DNA from: Nemertoderma westbladi
Lineage: Eukaryota > Animalia > Xenacoelomorpha
Assembly: GCA_032718475.1 (NCBI GenBank)
Contig: JAUCBJ010002557.1
Coordinates: forward strand, 1 to 54,044
DNA: 54,044 bases
Direction: 5' to 3'
The stretch's first letter is position 1. Each line of letters opens with the position of its first letter. Position numbers and translations under genes: made by a program. The notes beneath the pieces are model-generated. The model was not told the origin of the DNA and did no database searches. It saw only the letters and a list, made by a program, of their open reading frames with translations. This document shows, piece after piece, positions 35,394-48,712 of the stretch.

Positions 35394-36749
35394 TTAATAA
35401 CTACAGTATATAGTATGTAACTAAATAGATTAGCAGCAATTATAATTGTATACAATACAATTCAATGCATTGTAGTACAGTACAATGACGAATTGACATG
35501 TTTTTATAGAGGCAATGACTATTATACACAAATTAATACGAGGATGGTTGCTAAGTAACAAGTATTCAAGCACACATTAATAATTTAATATTTTTGGTGG
35601 CTGGCCTAAAAAATAACCGCACGCACACACATAAAATACCGCGCGCGCACACATGAAATACCGCACGCTCGCATAACATAACCGCACGCGCACACATATA
35701 TTGATAATACCGCGCACGCACACATAAAACACCGCGCGCGCGCGCATCCTGCAAATATTTTGTGTAAGTAAGGAGTGGCCACTATGGGCCACCGTAATAA
35801 AACAGTTCATCGTGTCGTATTGTATTTTTCAGCGATTTCTTGGGTTTTTATGCCTGTCTCATGAAGAGCAACAATGGCTGACCGTTTTTTAGGCGTTAAT
35901 TCACATACTTTCCCCATTGGGTCTCCAAAATATTACAAAAAAATAATTACATGTATCAAAGCTCTTTTAAATAACAGGTCGGCAGCGTAAAAGCAAGATA
36001 TATTCCTGGTACCGGTAATGAAGCAAAAACTAAAGCAATTTTTATCAAATTTGAATTTCCCACAATTTTTGTATGAATTATTAACTGCAATTAAATAAGC
36101 TTTCAAATGATATACAATAAAGTGTACATGCTAAAGGTTTCTGATCACAATAGATGAAAAACATATTTTCCATCTATAAATATAGGTGTAACCAAACTTT
36201 TGAGCAGCACTGTATATAGGGACTGAGTAGCAGTAATTAAATTAGTTCAAAATACAGTACAACTTTGTACATGTACATTCCCTGTAATCCATCAACATTA
36301 AAATAATGTTTATTAGTAACATCTATATTCAAGAAATATAATCAGATAATATTGCAATTCAAAAACGAATACTAGATTTAATATTATTTTGGAAAATAAA
36401 AGTGTACTTCTTAAAAGTGTTCGAGAACTACAGGTACTAATATCATCATCGCTAGTGTTATTTATTTTAACACTACACTAGTAAATTTCCCACCCTTAAA
36501 ATTACAGATAGTGCGCAAATTGATTGACCGACTACAAGTGAAAATGGTGATCTTCAGCGCAAATTGACCGCAAGTTAAATAAAGATTGTTTATAACAAAA
36601 AATTTTGGGTCTGGGTTATTATGCGCCAGTGCTCTAAAATTAACCTTCTAATGCGTGACAATAAGCTAATATTGTAATTCTATCATTGCATTCTCATAAC
36701 ATTTCTGTTTTATTTTCTCATTATTATGCAAGATATAACATATTTTTAT

Positions 36750-37880
36750 AATAGATATAACATATTTTATGGCGAATGGCCAGATCGATGGAAGCAATCC
36801 AACAATATATCGCTGTTAGAATTGTATCCAATTATGCTGAGTTTGCAAATCTGGGGTCCTCAACTCACAAGAAAAAGGATTATATTTTGCACTGACAATC
36901 GTTCACGTTTTAAATAAAAAATCATCAAAAGATCCATTACTTATGGTTTTATTAAGACAAATAGTAATATCATCAATGGAATTTAACATATTATTTCGAG
37001 CTAATCATATACCCGGGGTCGCTAACACAAAATGTGATTTACTCTCTCGTCTACAGGTGCAGTCATTTCTGGATATTTCACCAAATGCGAATACGACGCC
37101 AATTCGGATACCAGATCACTTGCTCCCAAAGGACTCCTTCTTCGATATAAGCAGATGATTGAGCAGTCATGGGAAGGGACTACATTAAAATCATATTCTA
37201 GAACATGGTTGAAACTTCGAACGTTTCTTATAAATGAGATGCAGGTAACACTTACTCTACCATTGGACCCAACTCTACTTGGTTGTTTTATACTGTAGCA
37301 TACCTAGATGCTCAGAAGTTAGCCCGCTCTACGATCTTAAACCATATTTCGGCCATCTCAATGCCACATCGACTGCTCAATACCCATGATCCTACGAAGT
37401 CGTACTTTATAATTCGAGCACTGACAGGTCTTGGAAAGGGTGGCAATTCACCAGATTCCAGGCTTCCGATTACCAAATCAATACTTACTAGTTTGATAAA
37501 TGCATATTTATACGAACGAATTATTTTAACGTTTAGAAAATTTAAACATCAAAAACCTCCATACCATCCATCCAAAGTAGAGATTTTAGATAATGATCTA
37601 CATAATCCACTAGTAATTTTGAAAGCATATCTTGATGTTCGACCATGCAAAGCAGGCCCATTGTTTTTATGGAAATCAGCGGAACCTATTTATCGTAAAG
37701 AATTCATAACAGTGCTTAATAAGATACTGAATTTTCTTAATTTGTCTACTAAAGTTTATAAGACTCACAGCTTTCGTATTGGCGCTGCTACAGAGGCAGA
37801 CAGAGATGGTTGGTCGGATTTAAAAATTAAGGAAAAAGGACGTTGGGCAAGTAATGCCTTTTGAGATATATTAGATAGAC
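36750..37880 (+). pseudogene. DIRS/Ngaro-type tyrosine-recombinase retrotransposon remnant (RNase H + YR)
   Basis: LLELYPI..IFCTDN and HIPGVANTKCDLLSR (RNase H-like). DSRLPIT, HSFRIGAAT and GRWASNAF*RYIR (YR). Frameshifts and an internal deletion. Confidence 0.85.
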
Positions 37881-39082
37881 TTAACTCAAAGGTATTTTTA
37901 TATATAATGCTGTACAATGTACATTACGGAACATTTTGAGTTACTGAAATAATTTGTTGTGCATGAATTAATTAATGTATTTGTAGTTGTAAAACAGTCA
38001 TATATTAATTATGTGTCACTAATAATTGATCGTCAATGAATTATAAATTTACATTATTCTAAGTTATATTGGTTTGTGTGTGTATCTAAGGATAATGGGG
38101 GTCCTTTCTTTCGTATTTTGCTTGGGTGGGGTCACCGAAATTATGGTCATAAATTCGATGCTGGGTGTTCCGACCCTCACCCCTTTTAAAAAATATAATG
38201 CCTTACTATAAGCAAGGCACGTTATCCCCATAAACATTCATATATTTTAAAAGCAGAGCTACGCAAAATAAGATCTGAAAGAAGGACATAAATATAACTG
38301 ATGTGATAAATGATTATATCAATATATGACGCACGTTGCAATAAGAACTAATTATCAACATATCAAATTAAGAAAGAAGTTTAAATCAAGTTAAGTAGAG
38401 CGGCGCCCAGGTTATCAAATAATTGACATACATGTTTTGTTATAATGAAAGGCACTTGAACTTGAGGGTTGATTTCGGATGGCCTACTTTACTATATTTA
38501 TTTTTCTAAGTCAAAAATGGTGGGTTGGGGCACTGGAAGGTCAGTTCACTAGTTTTGAACTACTGCACATGTACACCATGCCACTGGGATTGTGGGAATG
38601 GGCGGGGGCTAGGCTGGGGATAATATACGAAAATAAATACACATTTTATTTGCTGCTATATCATTCTTTTTTTATTTGTTCTACTTACTTAGATTTTCAG
38701 CATTATGTGGACAGTACCAGCGCCCACAGACCTGATTTATGTCCTTGCGAGGTTTTGTTTTGTACAAGACCACAATTCTTGCACCTCCGTTTCCCATCGG
38801 ATGGTGGTTTCTGAATAAGTGGGTTGCCCGTCATCCGTTGGTACCAATGTGGGTACAATTCTTTCTCAGGATTATTTGGACAATACCATTGCCCACGACC
38901 TCTAATTCGTGTGTGACGGTGGATGGAGGTTACAGTGGCACGATATTTTAACCAAAACAATAAACTAAACACAATAGAACAGGTTACAGTTGTATTTTTG
39001 AGTGTAATGAGCTGTTATTTGCATCCAATTTCCCCTGAAGAGGGATGAATTTTTATTGCGTCTATCTGCATATACTAATTGA

Positions 39083-41075
39083 CAACGGCGCAGCCAAGGG
39101 GGGGGGGGGCTAAGGGGGCTCGAGCCCCCCCCTTAACAGTTTGTAACTCTGTAAGCGCCCAGCATCATCATTATACTTACACAACCACACGTCGCTCGCC
39201 AACAAGGCAATGATAAAATTTACTGGGGATGAAATTAAGGGGGTTATACTTATATTGGAATTGGTTTCTTAACTAGGCGCCCCTATAACAGGATGACTGG
39301 TATAGTATTGGTTCTACAAGATGGCCGTAAAAAGGACGCCGTTTACTGATTGGTTGGAATTATATAGATACACAATACCCATACTGAGAGGGCAGTGGGC
39401 AAGGACATGCATTGTATAGAGATGTAATACTACACTACACACCTAATAAATAGAAGCTACAGGTTGTTATTATATAAACTCAAGTGGCACTGATGGAAGA
39501 ATCACTCATAGCATAGTAAAGTCATCGTTTATTGGGCCTGGGCGAACTACATATTATACACCATAATTATTGAATTAAGCTCACAAATTCGTCATTCTAC
39601 ATAGACCAATCGGTAATATTATTCTTAAACTGTAAACATTAATATTGTAGTTTTTTTCGAGCGGGCATGAAAAGGGTGTTCAAGCCCGAATACAACAGGA
39701 TTACCCTCTTGCTATGTATACCCACTGTTGTAGCCACGTGTTAAATCTAGCAATTACAAAGGCTTCGAAAGTTCCCGCGATAAGGAATGCAATGGGAACA
39801 TTGCAGGAGGTTTGTGTATTTCTTTGTTCCAGATCGTCACAACGAGTGTCTTTGCTTAAAGACAACGTTGCAATGTTTTTACCTTCAGCAAGCCATAATC
39901 GTCTGAAACAACTGTGCGAGACGCGATGGGTTGAACGGCATGACTCTATTATTATATTCCTTGAACTGTACGAAGCTGTGGTAGAGACTCTTGATGACAT
40001 ACAAACAGGACCGTATTCAAGTGAAGCAGCAACGAAGGCAGGGCTTCTTTATAATGCAGTTTTGAAGCCTGATTTTATAATAGCATTGGCGACGATGGAG
40101 CGTACTTCATCCTTAGTTCTCCCACTTTCGAAGGCCCTACAATCCATCAACCAAGATCTATTTGTTGCAAATGAATTGGTAACTGAAGTGATCCAAGTTC
40201 TGAAGGATGACCGAATAGATGCAGCGAATGAGTTTAATGTTGTGTTTCGTAAGGCAAAGGCCCTTTGTGATCAATTTAGTGTTGATATATCGATTCCCAG
40301 AAGAGCAGGACGACAGACACATCGTTCAAACTATTCCACTTCCAGCCCAGAGGAGTTCTTTCGTCTTGCCATATTTAACCCATACTTGGATTATTTAATT
40401 CAAGAATTAACTTCACGCTTCAAGGACCAACAGGAGCGTTGTGGTTTCCTCTGGTGTATCCTACCTCATAAGCTTATAGATAGCTATGATGTAGACAGTA
40501 TTAAGAAAGTTATGGACGTATATAAAGAAGATATTGACTCCCCGGCCGTTGTAGAGTGTGAGTTGAAACGATGGCTCAATAAGTGGACTGGCTCTGCCGC
40601 AAGTAAAGCTCCATCCAATGCCTTGGACGCCTTGGAAAGTTGCAATCAAGAAATGTATCCAAACGTCTACATTCTTTTAACTATAATGGCTACACTCCCT
40701 GTGACTACAGCCACAGCTGAACGAACCTTTAGTACTTTGAGAAGACTCAAGACGTATCTGAGGTCAACCATGGGAGAAGACCGCTTGACTGCTTTGGCAC
40801 TTCTGGCCGTTCATCGGAAACGAGAAATTGATAGCAAAAAACTAATCCAATCGTTTGCTGCATGCCACAGTAGAAGAATGGATTTCGTCTTATAATGAGG
40901 TTGATTTGTTTGAATATTGTATACCTAATGAATATTAGTTTGTTAGTAGGCCCATTGTAAAAAATTAAAATTGAAAATGATTGTTATTTTAACATATTGA
41001 ATTATTCAATAACTTTTTAAATTTTCCCGCTTCCACTTGAGCCCCCCCCTTAACCAAATTCTGGCTGCGCCGTTG
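39083..41075 (+). mobile_element. hAT transposon, internal-deletion derivative
   Basis: 14-bp TIR CAACGGCGCAGCCA/TGGCTGCGCCGTTG. Perfect 8-bp TSD CTAATTGA (39075..39082, 41076..41083). Confidence 0.95.
39660..40895 (+). pseudogene. C-terminal half of a hAT transposase (ZMYM1/P52rIPK-like group)
   Basis: SGHEKGVQARI, YTHCCSHVLNL, LCETRWVERH and dimerisation domain PVTTATAERTFSTLRRLKTYLRSTMGEDRL. The N-terminal half with the first catalytic aspartates is missing. Confidence 0.9.
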
Positions 41076-41661
41076 CTAATTGATATTTGGTTTAGAACTA
41101 AGAGACTATGTTTTCGGAACCAAAGCACTTGAGAACTATTGACATCCGATCTCGTAATGTAAATAACTTACTTTTCACTGTCAGTCAAAGTAGATCCAGC
41201 TGGGAAGTTGTACTTTTGAGGGGGCTGTGGTAGAATAAGCTACAACCAAAAATATGTTGTGTAAAAATGTGTAAGTTATTCTTAAAAGGCATGCATTTCA
41301 TAAAAAAAATAATTTATTTGTTGTAAATCCCTTTTTTTTTCAAAGTTGTTAACAAGTTTGACAAAAAAGAACACTTTTTTGTCAACAAAAAAAGTAATGT
41401 TGAATTATATTTCAAAGTAATTTCCATGAATTTGATTTTTTATACTAGCTAGTTTTTGCTAAATTTTTAGCCTTTTTCATATGAAAAGAATTGGTCAAAC
41501 TATGGATACCCAAGGTGTAGTACTGTAATGCCTGTATTTCACTATGGAAGAAGCTTCGATGGACGGCATTTATGCTGCAATACGCCCAGATAAAAGTGAG
41601 AGAACTTACAACAAATAAAACGACGTTAAGTGGTGACAAAAAGTAACATTGGGGTAACACT

Positions 41662-41812
41662 TGGGGGCCGTTTGTACGTGACACACCGGTTGACTGGGGG
41701 CCGTTTGTACGTGACACACCGGTTGACTGGGGGCCGTTTGTACGTGACACACCGGTTGACTGGGGGCCGTTTGTATGTGACACACCGGTTGACTGGGGGC
41801 CGTTTGTAGGTG
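41662..41812. repeat. 33-bp minisatellite, ~4.5 units
   Basis: TGGGGGCCGTTTGTACGTGACACACCGGTTGAC. Confidence 0.9.
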
Positions 41813-42319
41813 ACCTACGCCACTCACAGGATGAGTGGAAGGCGTTGTTGGACTACTCACTGGCTGAGTAGGGGCCGTTGGTGGCTGCAAATATATTTTA
41901 GCTTTCATTTAACATCAACTCAGACAGATAAAGTTTCACTTTTGCAGTGTTGAGTAAAGACAAGAGGATCAGATAAGTTAAGTTAGCTGTAAATTTTGCA
42001 ATTAAAAGGCTCTATCCTTTTTGACACACAGCAGTAAAATAATCGATAATAAATCATCAATATTCCAGAAACATTATTACAATACAATATTAAAATTATC
42101 AATTAAGCTCTCAGCACGTTGATAAGTTGACATAATGTACAGTAACATGATTTCCTACATCATTCTAAGAATTTGAAAGAACACTACTCTGCGTTAAAGA
42201 CCCCTGTTTATTTATGTAAACCTCTCTCGCTACACTCGCGCCGGATATGTATACACTCGGGTACCTGTCAATAACGTTGGAAAGTGCTACTTTGTCAGTG
42301 GCGTACCGAATTACAAATA

Positions 42320-42945
42320 ACGTTGTGGGGCGAGACACGTAGTCGGCGAGCCTTGGCATACGGTTCATATAGGGTAAATGGGGCATGTCCGTCTGTCTGT
42401 CTGTCCGTCCGTCTGTCTGGTAAATGTTTGAACGCGAATTTCTCGGCATCGCTGGTTCGGAATTGAACCAAACTTAGTAGGTAAGTAGTAGAGAGAAAGT
42501 TTAGAAAGTTTGTAAAGTTTGTGAAAAATCATGCAGTCTGACGTCAGCTACGACAGATTTTGTGGTTTTTAGAAAATGTTAAATTTCTCGGGAAGGCCTC
42601 ATTTTCCTGAGCTGAAATTTTGGTGGCCTGTAGAGAATCATGAAGTCTATCTTTTACGAAATTGAAAAGTTAAGACATTTAATTGGGGATCCGCTAGAGA
42701 CTCAGAAGTAATGACATAGGCCTACCGGTACGGTACTGCTGTACAGTGCTGCACTGGTAAGTACGAAATTGCAGAATAACAATTTGACACCACCTAGCGG
42801 ATTAACATATGATTGTATATCGAATGAATACATTTATAGCATGGGATATGGGGTTCAAACTAGACATGCCCCATTTGCTCTATATGAACCGTATGCCAAG
42901 GCTTGCCGACTATGTGCTGCGCGAAGTCCCCACGAACGTGTACAA
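42320..42945 (+). mobile_element. Helentron-associated (DINE-1/HINE-like) non-autonomous element
   Basis: ~50-bp subterminal inverted repeats (42339..42388 vs 42864..42912), (GTCY)n microsatellite right after the left IR, and a GC-rich 3' end also seen at ~13842..13868. Confidence 0.7.
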
Positions 42946-42953
42946 AGCGTTAA

Positions 42954-44647
42954 CCCTATTACCACTGGGGTGTTTAGACCATTAGCAGCACTGCCGGGGG
43001 TCGATTCGGCCCCTCCACTGTATTTTTGTAATCATCCAATAAAATCCTACGAAATTTGAGCTGTAGGTGGAAAAATTATGGAAGAACATTTTCAAATCCA
43101 AAAAAATGAAAATTTCATAAGGTGGGTATAATAATTTTCATGAAAAATAGAAGTAGTCCCAGGACAAAATATACATTTTTTTGATATTCTAAAACTAATA
43201 GTGTGTGTGGTATTGTTGGCTAGCGTTAGTAGGTTTTTCACTTCGCTGAATCGAATGTGATTATTTTCCATTTCCGACAATTGAACTGTATGCTATTTTT
43301 CGTGCACCTAAGAAGTGGGCGTGGCGCTTCAAATTTTGAAAAATATGATATTTGTAAAATGCCCCCAACTTTTGATTTCAACGCGTTTTTATAGGTTTTC
43401 TAGACCGCTGAATCGATTGAAAATATTATCGAAGCCTGAAGACTTAGTGGATGATCGTCCTTTTTGGAGCACCAAAATTAGGGTGTGGCACTTCAAAAAT
43501 GAACGGGAATATGAACGAATATATAACGGCGGGGTAGCTCAGTTGGTTGAGCGCCGGGCCTGCAATCTATTGGTTGTAGGTTCAGCCCCGCCAGGGTCCA
43601 CTCAGCCTTTCATCCACTGGGGTCGATAAAATGAGTACCAGTTAAATTACTGGGAGCAAATCATGGGATAGGAGTAGCGCCCACACCTACCCTCGGGTAG
43701 CAGCTATCGAAAGAGGAGCCTTTGGGTCGCCTCCGGCCTCGGCCAACTGTTTGCTTTTTTTACTTCAAATATTGAAAAATACGAGATTCGGAAAATAAAC
43801 CAAAGTTGAGATTTCAACGCACATTTATAGCTTTTCTGGACTGCTGAATCAATTGAAAGTATTATAGAATCCTGAAGACTTAGTGGTTCGGCAATTTTGG
43901 TGCACCAAAATTAGGGAGTGGCACTTATTCAAATTTTGAAATGAAGTACCATGCCCTAATTTTGATGTACCAATAATGACGTACCACTAAGACTTGATGC
44001 TTCAATATTACTTTCAATCGATTCAGCGGTCCATATAACCAATAAAATGGGTTGAATTGGAAAAAACCTTGTGTTATTTTCTGAATATCGTAATTTTGAA
44101 AATTTGAAGTAAGCCTACTTGCCACGCCCTAATTTTAGTGGACCAAAAATGATGTACCAGTTAGAATTGAGTCTTCTATACTACTTTCAATCGATTAAGC
44201 GGGACAGAAAACCCATAAAAATGCGTTGAAATCAACACTTCGGAGTATTTAACGAATATTGCAATTTTAAAAATTTGAAGTGCCACGCCCTAATTTTAGT
44301 GCACCAAAATGACGTACCACTTCACTTACATACTAATATAAAGTAGTAGAGTGCTCCATATGAATCAGAATCAATAAATAAAGCCCCAACATAAATAATT
44401 ACTAACTCACAAATTACCATGTAAAATTCGAAAATTTCAAAAATATCTCTGCTGGGTACCAAATTTTGAGGTGGAACCCACATTGAAAAGTTGAAATCTA
44501 ATTGCAACGCCGTTTTTTGCAAAAGATGCGCCATTAAATTTGACTAATTCTCGTCAAAAATTGGGCAGGTACATAATGTGGTTTCATAGATACAGCAATT
44601 AAAAACTAGGAAGGGGCCGATTCGCCCCCCCCCCAGTGGTAATAGGG
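42954..44647. mobile_element. Non-autonomous piggyBac-like element
   Basis: TTAA|CCCTATTACCACTGGGG...CCCCAGTGGTAATAGGG|TTAA. Internal ~180-bp units with AAATTAGGG(C/T)GTGGCACTT in direct and inverted orientation (43310..44320). Confidence 0.88.
43528..43761 (+). mobile_element. tRNA-derived SINE inserted in the piggyBac-like element
   Basis: A box TAGCTCAGTTGG, GCA anticodon-like loop, B-box-like GGTTCAGCCCC, body motif ACTCAGCCTTTCATCC..GGGGTCGATAAAATGAGTACC typical of metazoan SINEs, and a T-rich tail. Confidence 0.85.
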
Positions 44648-45869
44648 TTAAGGGGTGGTTAAATTGGATTCGCAATACATTAATAATTTAAACCACTATA
44701 AATTCAGAAATTTACAACGGGAGTGACAAGGGGACTGCCTAAAACCCGGGCCGCGTATTAGTAATAAACTGTGATTATAATTATTATTTTGTTAGAACTA
44801 ACAATAAATACTACATGTATATATTGATATGTTTCTTATTTTATTTTTCAGTTTTCTGCATTTAGTATTCTGGTATTCCAGATATACTTGTTAATAATTA
44901 CTGAAAATAAAGTTTAACGGTAATAAAATAATTGATATTAATAATTATTTGTTATAAATAATTATCAATAACTAAAATATATCTCGATATTTTTTTTTAA
45001 TTTTTGATTTTTTTCGCATCATTTTAACATGTAGACACCATTTTATCTTTCCATATCTTTGGGGGGGGGGGGGGGGGGGGGTGGCTTCGACCCCCTATAA
45101 ATGGTTGTATTAAGGGAGATGGTGTATACAGTTGTAGGTCTGTATATTATTTAATACACGACAATATCCTGGTATCGCAATACGACCGGTATCGACCGCG
45201 CCAATGACTGGTTTTCCACCGGAATCTGTCCCAGCAACATCCGGTATGTCTGTTTGAATCTAAGGTGACGTATGTGATGATAGACACGTAACTATGGATA
45301 TAAGAAATTGGCTTGACAATAACCATGAAAACAACTTTACACCTCGTGCCCCACCGTCTGGATCTCTCCCTCCACACAGGGTAAGTGTTAAAAATACGCA
45401 CCAATAAAGGTTGGTGATATTTAATATATTATCTATATATTTAATCTAATTTAGTTTGGAAAACTAATATTTGTAAGTAGTAATTAATTATTAAATTACT
45501 AATAACTAAAATATATATCAATAAATTTTTGTTACTTTTTTGTTTCTTTAGCATTACTTTAACACACAGACCCCAAATTTCCTGGACATATAATGGGCTA
45601 ATTAATTAATAGGTAACTAATAATTATAAGTATTAAAAAAATATTAAACTACTTATTACTAGGTAAGGCGCTAAATAAGTTGATGTTTATTATTATTATT
45701 ATTATTATAAATAAAATATATATAGATTATTTTTTTCCATTTTACCCGAAATTGGATCGTTTTGGGTCAGAGTCACAAAATGTAACCCAAATTCTTATGC
45801 TAAATTTTTCGACTAAATCTGTATTCAGCCCCGCGGTGACCTCCATCTCAATCTCAATGATAATGAGAA

Positions 45870-47216
45870 ACTTCCAATTCCGACAGACATTTCACACTAC
45901 TGACTATTTAAGATTCGACCTCTTATAGATGTTATTAGTAAGAATACTTTAGGTGTAGCTCGTGAGGGAATCCAGTCAGTGGATGAACAGATCATTCCAT
46001 TCAAGGGCCATAATATCATGAAACAATACCTCAAAGACAAGCCGCATAAGAGAGAATTCAAAGCGATTACACACGCAGGCATAGATGGATATGTACATGA
46101 CTTTGTGATATATCAGGGTAAGGGAATGGTATCTGGAGAAATGGGTGTTATGGCGGAATTAGTATTGAAAGTGTGTGAGCATCTCCCTTTAGTCTATTAA
46201 CCATAAATTATACTTTGACAAATTCTATACATCCATTCACCTCCTAATCAACCACTTAAAATCCCAGGGAATTTGGTGTGTAGGCACCATTCAGAAACAT
46301 CGAATGGAAGAGTGTGCCTCTTATAAGTGACAAAGAATTGGTAATGAATTTATAAGCGTGGTCTTTTAGCAACCACAAAACGCAAGGGCACACTAACGCT
46401 TGTAGAATTTAAGGCTGACGGGGCCCCATTCGTTATGCTTAGGGGACAAAACAATCAAACGGAAGCGTGGGTGGCCTAGTTAAGACCATCATTATGGCAG
46501 CGATCACGGTGGTAAACATCGACAAACAGGTGTGGCAGGTATTCCACCTAGAGCAGTACGTTTTGATGATGTTGGTCAGGAGGTTGTTCCCTGTATAAAG
46601 GGACAATTATGCAGGGATACAAACTGTAAAGATAAGTTTTCGACCAAAAAGTGCTTGAAATGCAATGTAGTATTGTATTATGTCTCAATAAAACTCGAAA
46701 TTGTTTTGCTTATTTTCATTCTAAATGATTGTTCATATATTTCGTATATATATATCGTATATTCTATTTCGTAGAATTTATTTGTAATCTTTACATCATT
46801 ATGTAATTGTTTTGAATGTTTATATCGTTCTGTTTTATTCGGTATTTAACTTTGCAACAACAGTCGTATACAAGAATATGGATAAAAACAAATTTTTGTT
46901 TTATGTATATTACAAATATAATTTTTTATCTTTATATGATTATATGCATACTTTGTTTATGCTAGTATATATATTATACAATATACTTACAATACGATGT
47001 ATGCATGTAAGCACGTACGTACAATCTAAAGTTTGTATACAAAAGTATACATTGGGAACATGTTTCATATACCTAACGTATACTTAAGTATACAATAAAA
47101 AAAAACATTGGAAATGAAAATTTTTTCATCGAAAATTATTATTTGGTGTATAATTATCCCATTAACATGACCAACCAATTGTTTTCCAAAATTAATTTAA
47201 TTCAGGACGGAAAGGG
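45870..47216 (+). mobile_element. Degenerate piggyBac transposase remnant with right terminus
   Basis: SVDEQIIPFKG, KQYLKDKPHK, LYFDKFYTS, VGTI and a Cys-rich C-terminus (KKCLKCNV). Ends GGACGGAAAGGG|TTAA at 47216. Left end not found. Confidence 0.82.
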
Positions 47217-48712
47217 TTAATGACATTATTAGCCACAGTCTGTTTCTCCAGTGACTGAATGTGGTCTGAATGTGAATCTTAGTGTGGTCCACTCGGCTCT
47301 ACCGATTTCTGTGGTTATACCAGGGTATCTTATTTATGGGAAGGTTAGTTTTTCCACCTGGAGTCGAAACATTTCTGAAAGTGAAACTATTTTTGTACTC
47401 CTTTTCAAGATAATACTTGGTACAATTAAACAGCATACACAGACACACGTGCGCGATTTCTTGTATTTATATTATATTATGTATCATATTTTTTAGTCTT
47501 TCATGTTATCCATTTATTTGCGTTGATGGATTTTTAAAGAAAATATCAAAAATGCTCGAAAGTGCTCACAGGAGTCGATAATTACAATTTCCAAATCGTA
47601 CTAAGTAACTTTTTCGATAGAAATTTCACCATTATTTGGTGTAGGCAGAATATAGTATATAAATATAGTATATAGAATATAGTAGTCTGAATATAATTAG
47701 TCAATCAAGTTCCCATTTTAAATACACCAGATTTTCTGATGTTATATTTCACTTTGCAATTTATCCCCATGTGAAGGATACCCGGTTTTTTCTAAAAACC
47801 CAGGTTACATAAGGACAGATACTAACCAAAACAATAAACGAATTAGTATCTGTACAGATTATATGAAACAAATAAACGCTATAAAACAAACACCTTCATA
47901 TAATGCGTATTTGGTTTGTGTAACAACATCTAGCTGCGTTTGATAATAGGGTGATTCAAGTTTCTCATTTAGTTGCAGTGATATAACATCGTGATTAATA
48001 ATCCCCTGGGAAACTAAACAAACATCCATCTGACTCACCAGGGTCATATTTCTGAAGAAGGTTAAATCGATGTGTGACCTGGAAGATAAATTATAGTCTT
48101 TAGAGGGCTATAAAGTTTCGCACATGCGGAACAATATAAAATATATATAGATAGTATAGATAGTTATAGCCACCATAAAATTCACCGACTGACATCCATA
48201 TAATTTTTTATAAGGTTTATTAGTTAAGTTTTCTTCACATCTTCTCAGTGCTTCCCAGCCCTGAGATCTTTCCGCAGTTATTAGCATCTTAAAATAAGTT
48301 TAGATCTGAAATGTAAATATTATTAATTAATATCAATGTTGACCTCAGCATTTTGTTCAGAACGCCTATATTCCGAGATTGAAACTGCATTTTGAGTGTG
48401 ATTATGGTGTGAGCATGAATGTGATTATTATTAATATTCACGTTTATTTGCAGATACTGGCGCACATTGACGTGAATTGAAAAATGTGATCTCCATCTCG
48501 AAATGGTCGCAAACGAATAAGAGTTAGGTTTATTGTTTTGGATATAACTGTAACCTACACACTTTGAAATTAATTTCATTGCAACTGTATAGCCGCCACC
48601 TGCATCTGCAACACACACCACCTTATTTCACTATCAGCCATGTAAATTCTTTAAAATTCAATCTACATTATGTCTACGCATTTAGTTCAATGATGAGCAA
48701 TACTGATTCACA

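Larger units (their letters stand above)
34188..35796. mobile_element. Second IS3EU-like family, deletion derivative nested in Tc1
   Basis: TIR TACGGTGGCCCATAGTGGCCACTCCTTACTTACACAAAATATTTGCAGGATGCGC at both ends. Perfect 6-bp TSD ATAAAA (34182..34187, 35797..35802). GCGCGCGGTATT subterminal repeats. Confidence 0.93.
33310..35917 (-). pseudogene. Tc1 DD34E-type transposase pseudogene (ATG at 35917; resumes at 34187 after the insertion)
   Basis: MGKVCELTPKKR..., SGRPR, VLFSDES, FQQDGAPCH and SPDLNPIENLW. In-frame TGA near 35808 and a 3' frameshift. Confidence 0.9.
33182..36212 (-). mobile_element. Tc1 element with both TIRs and TA TSD, disrupted by a nested insertion
   Basis: TA|CAGTGTTGCTCAAAAGTTTGGTCACACC ... 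GGTGTAACCAAACTTTTGAGCAGCACTG|TA. Confidence 0.95.

Noticed and set aside
35805-35812. In-frame TGA in the Tc1 transposase as possible selenocysteine
   Set aside because: More simply a CGA-to-TGA change in a copy that also has an insertion and a frameshift.
37283-37864. Phage integrase or prokaryotic insert
   Set aside because: It is adjacent to RNase H remnants in DIRS/Ngaro arrangement, so it is a eukaryotic YR retrotransposon relic.
43528-43600. Functional tRNA-Cys gene
   Set aside because: Anticodon and T stems pair poorly, and the sequence runs straight into a SINE body and tail.
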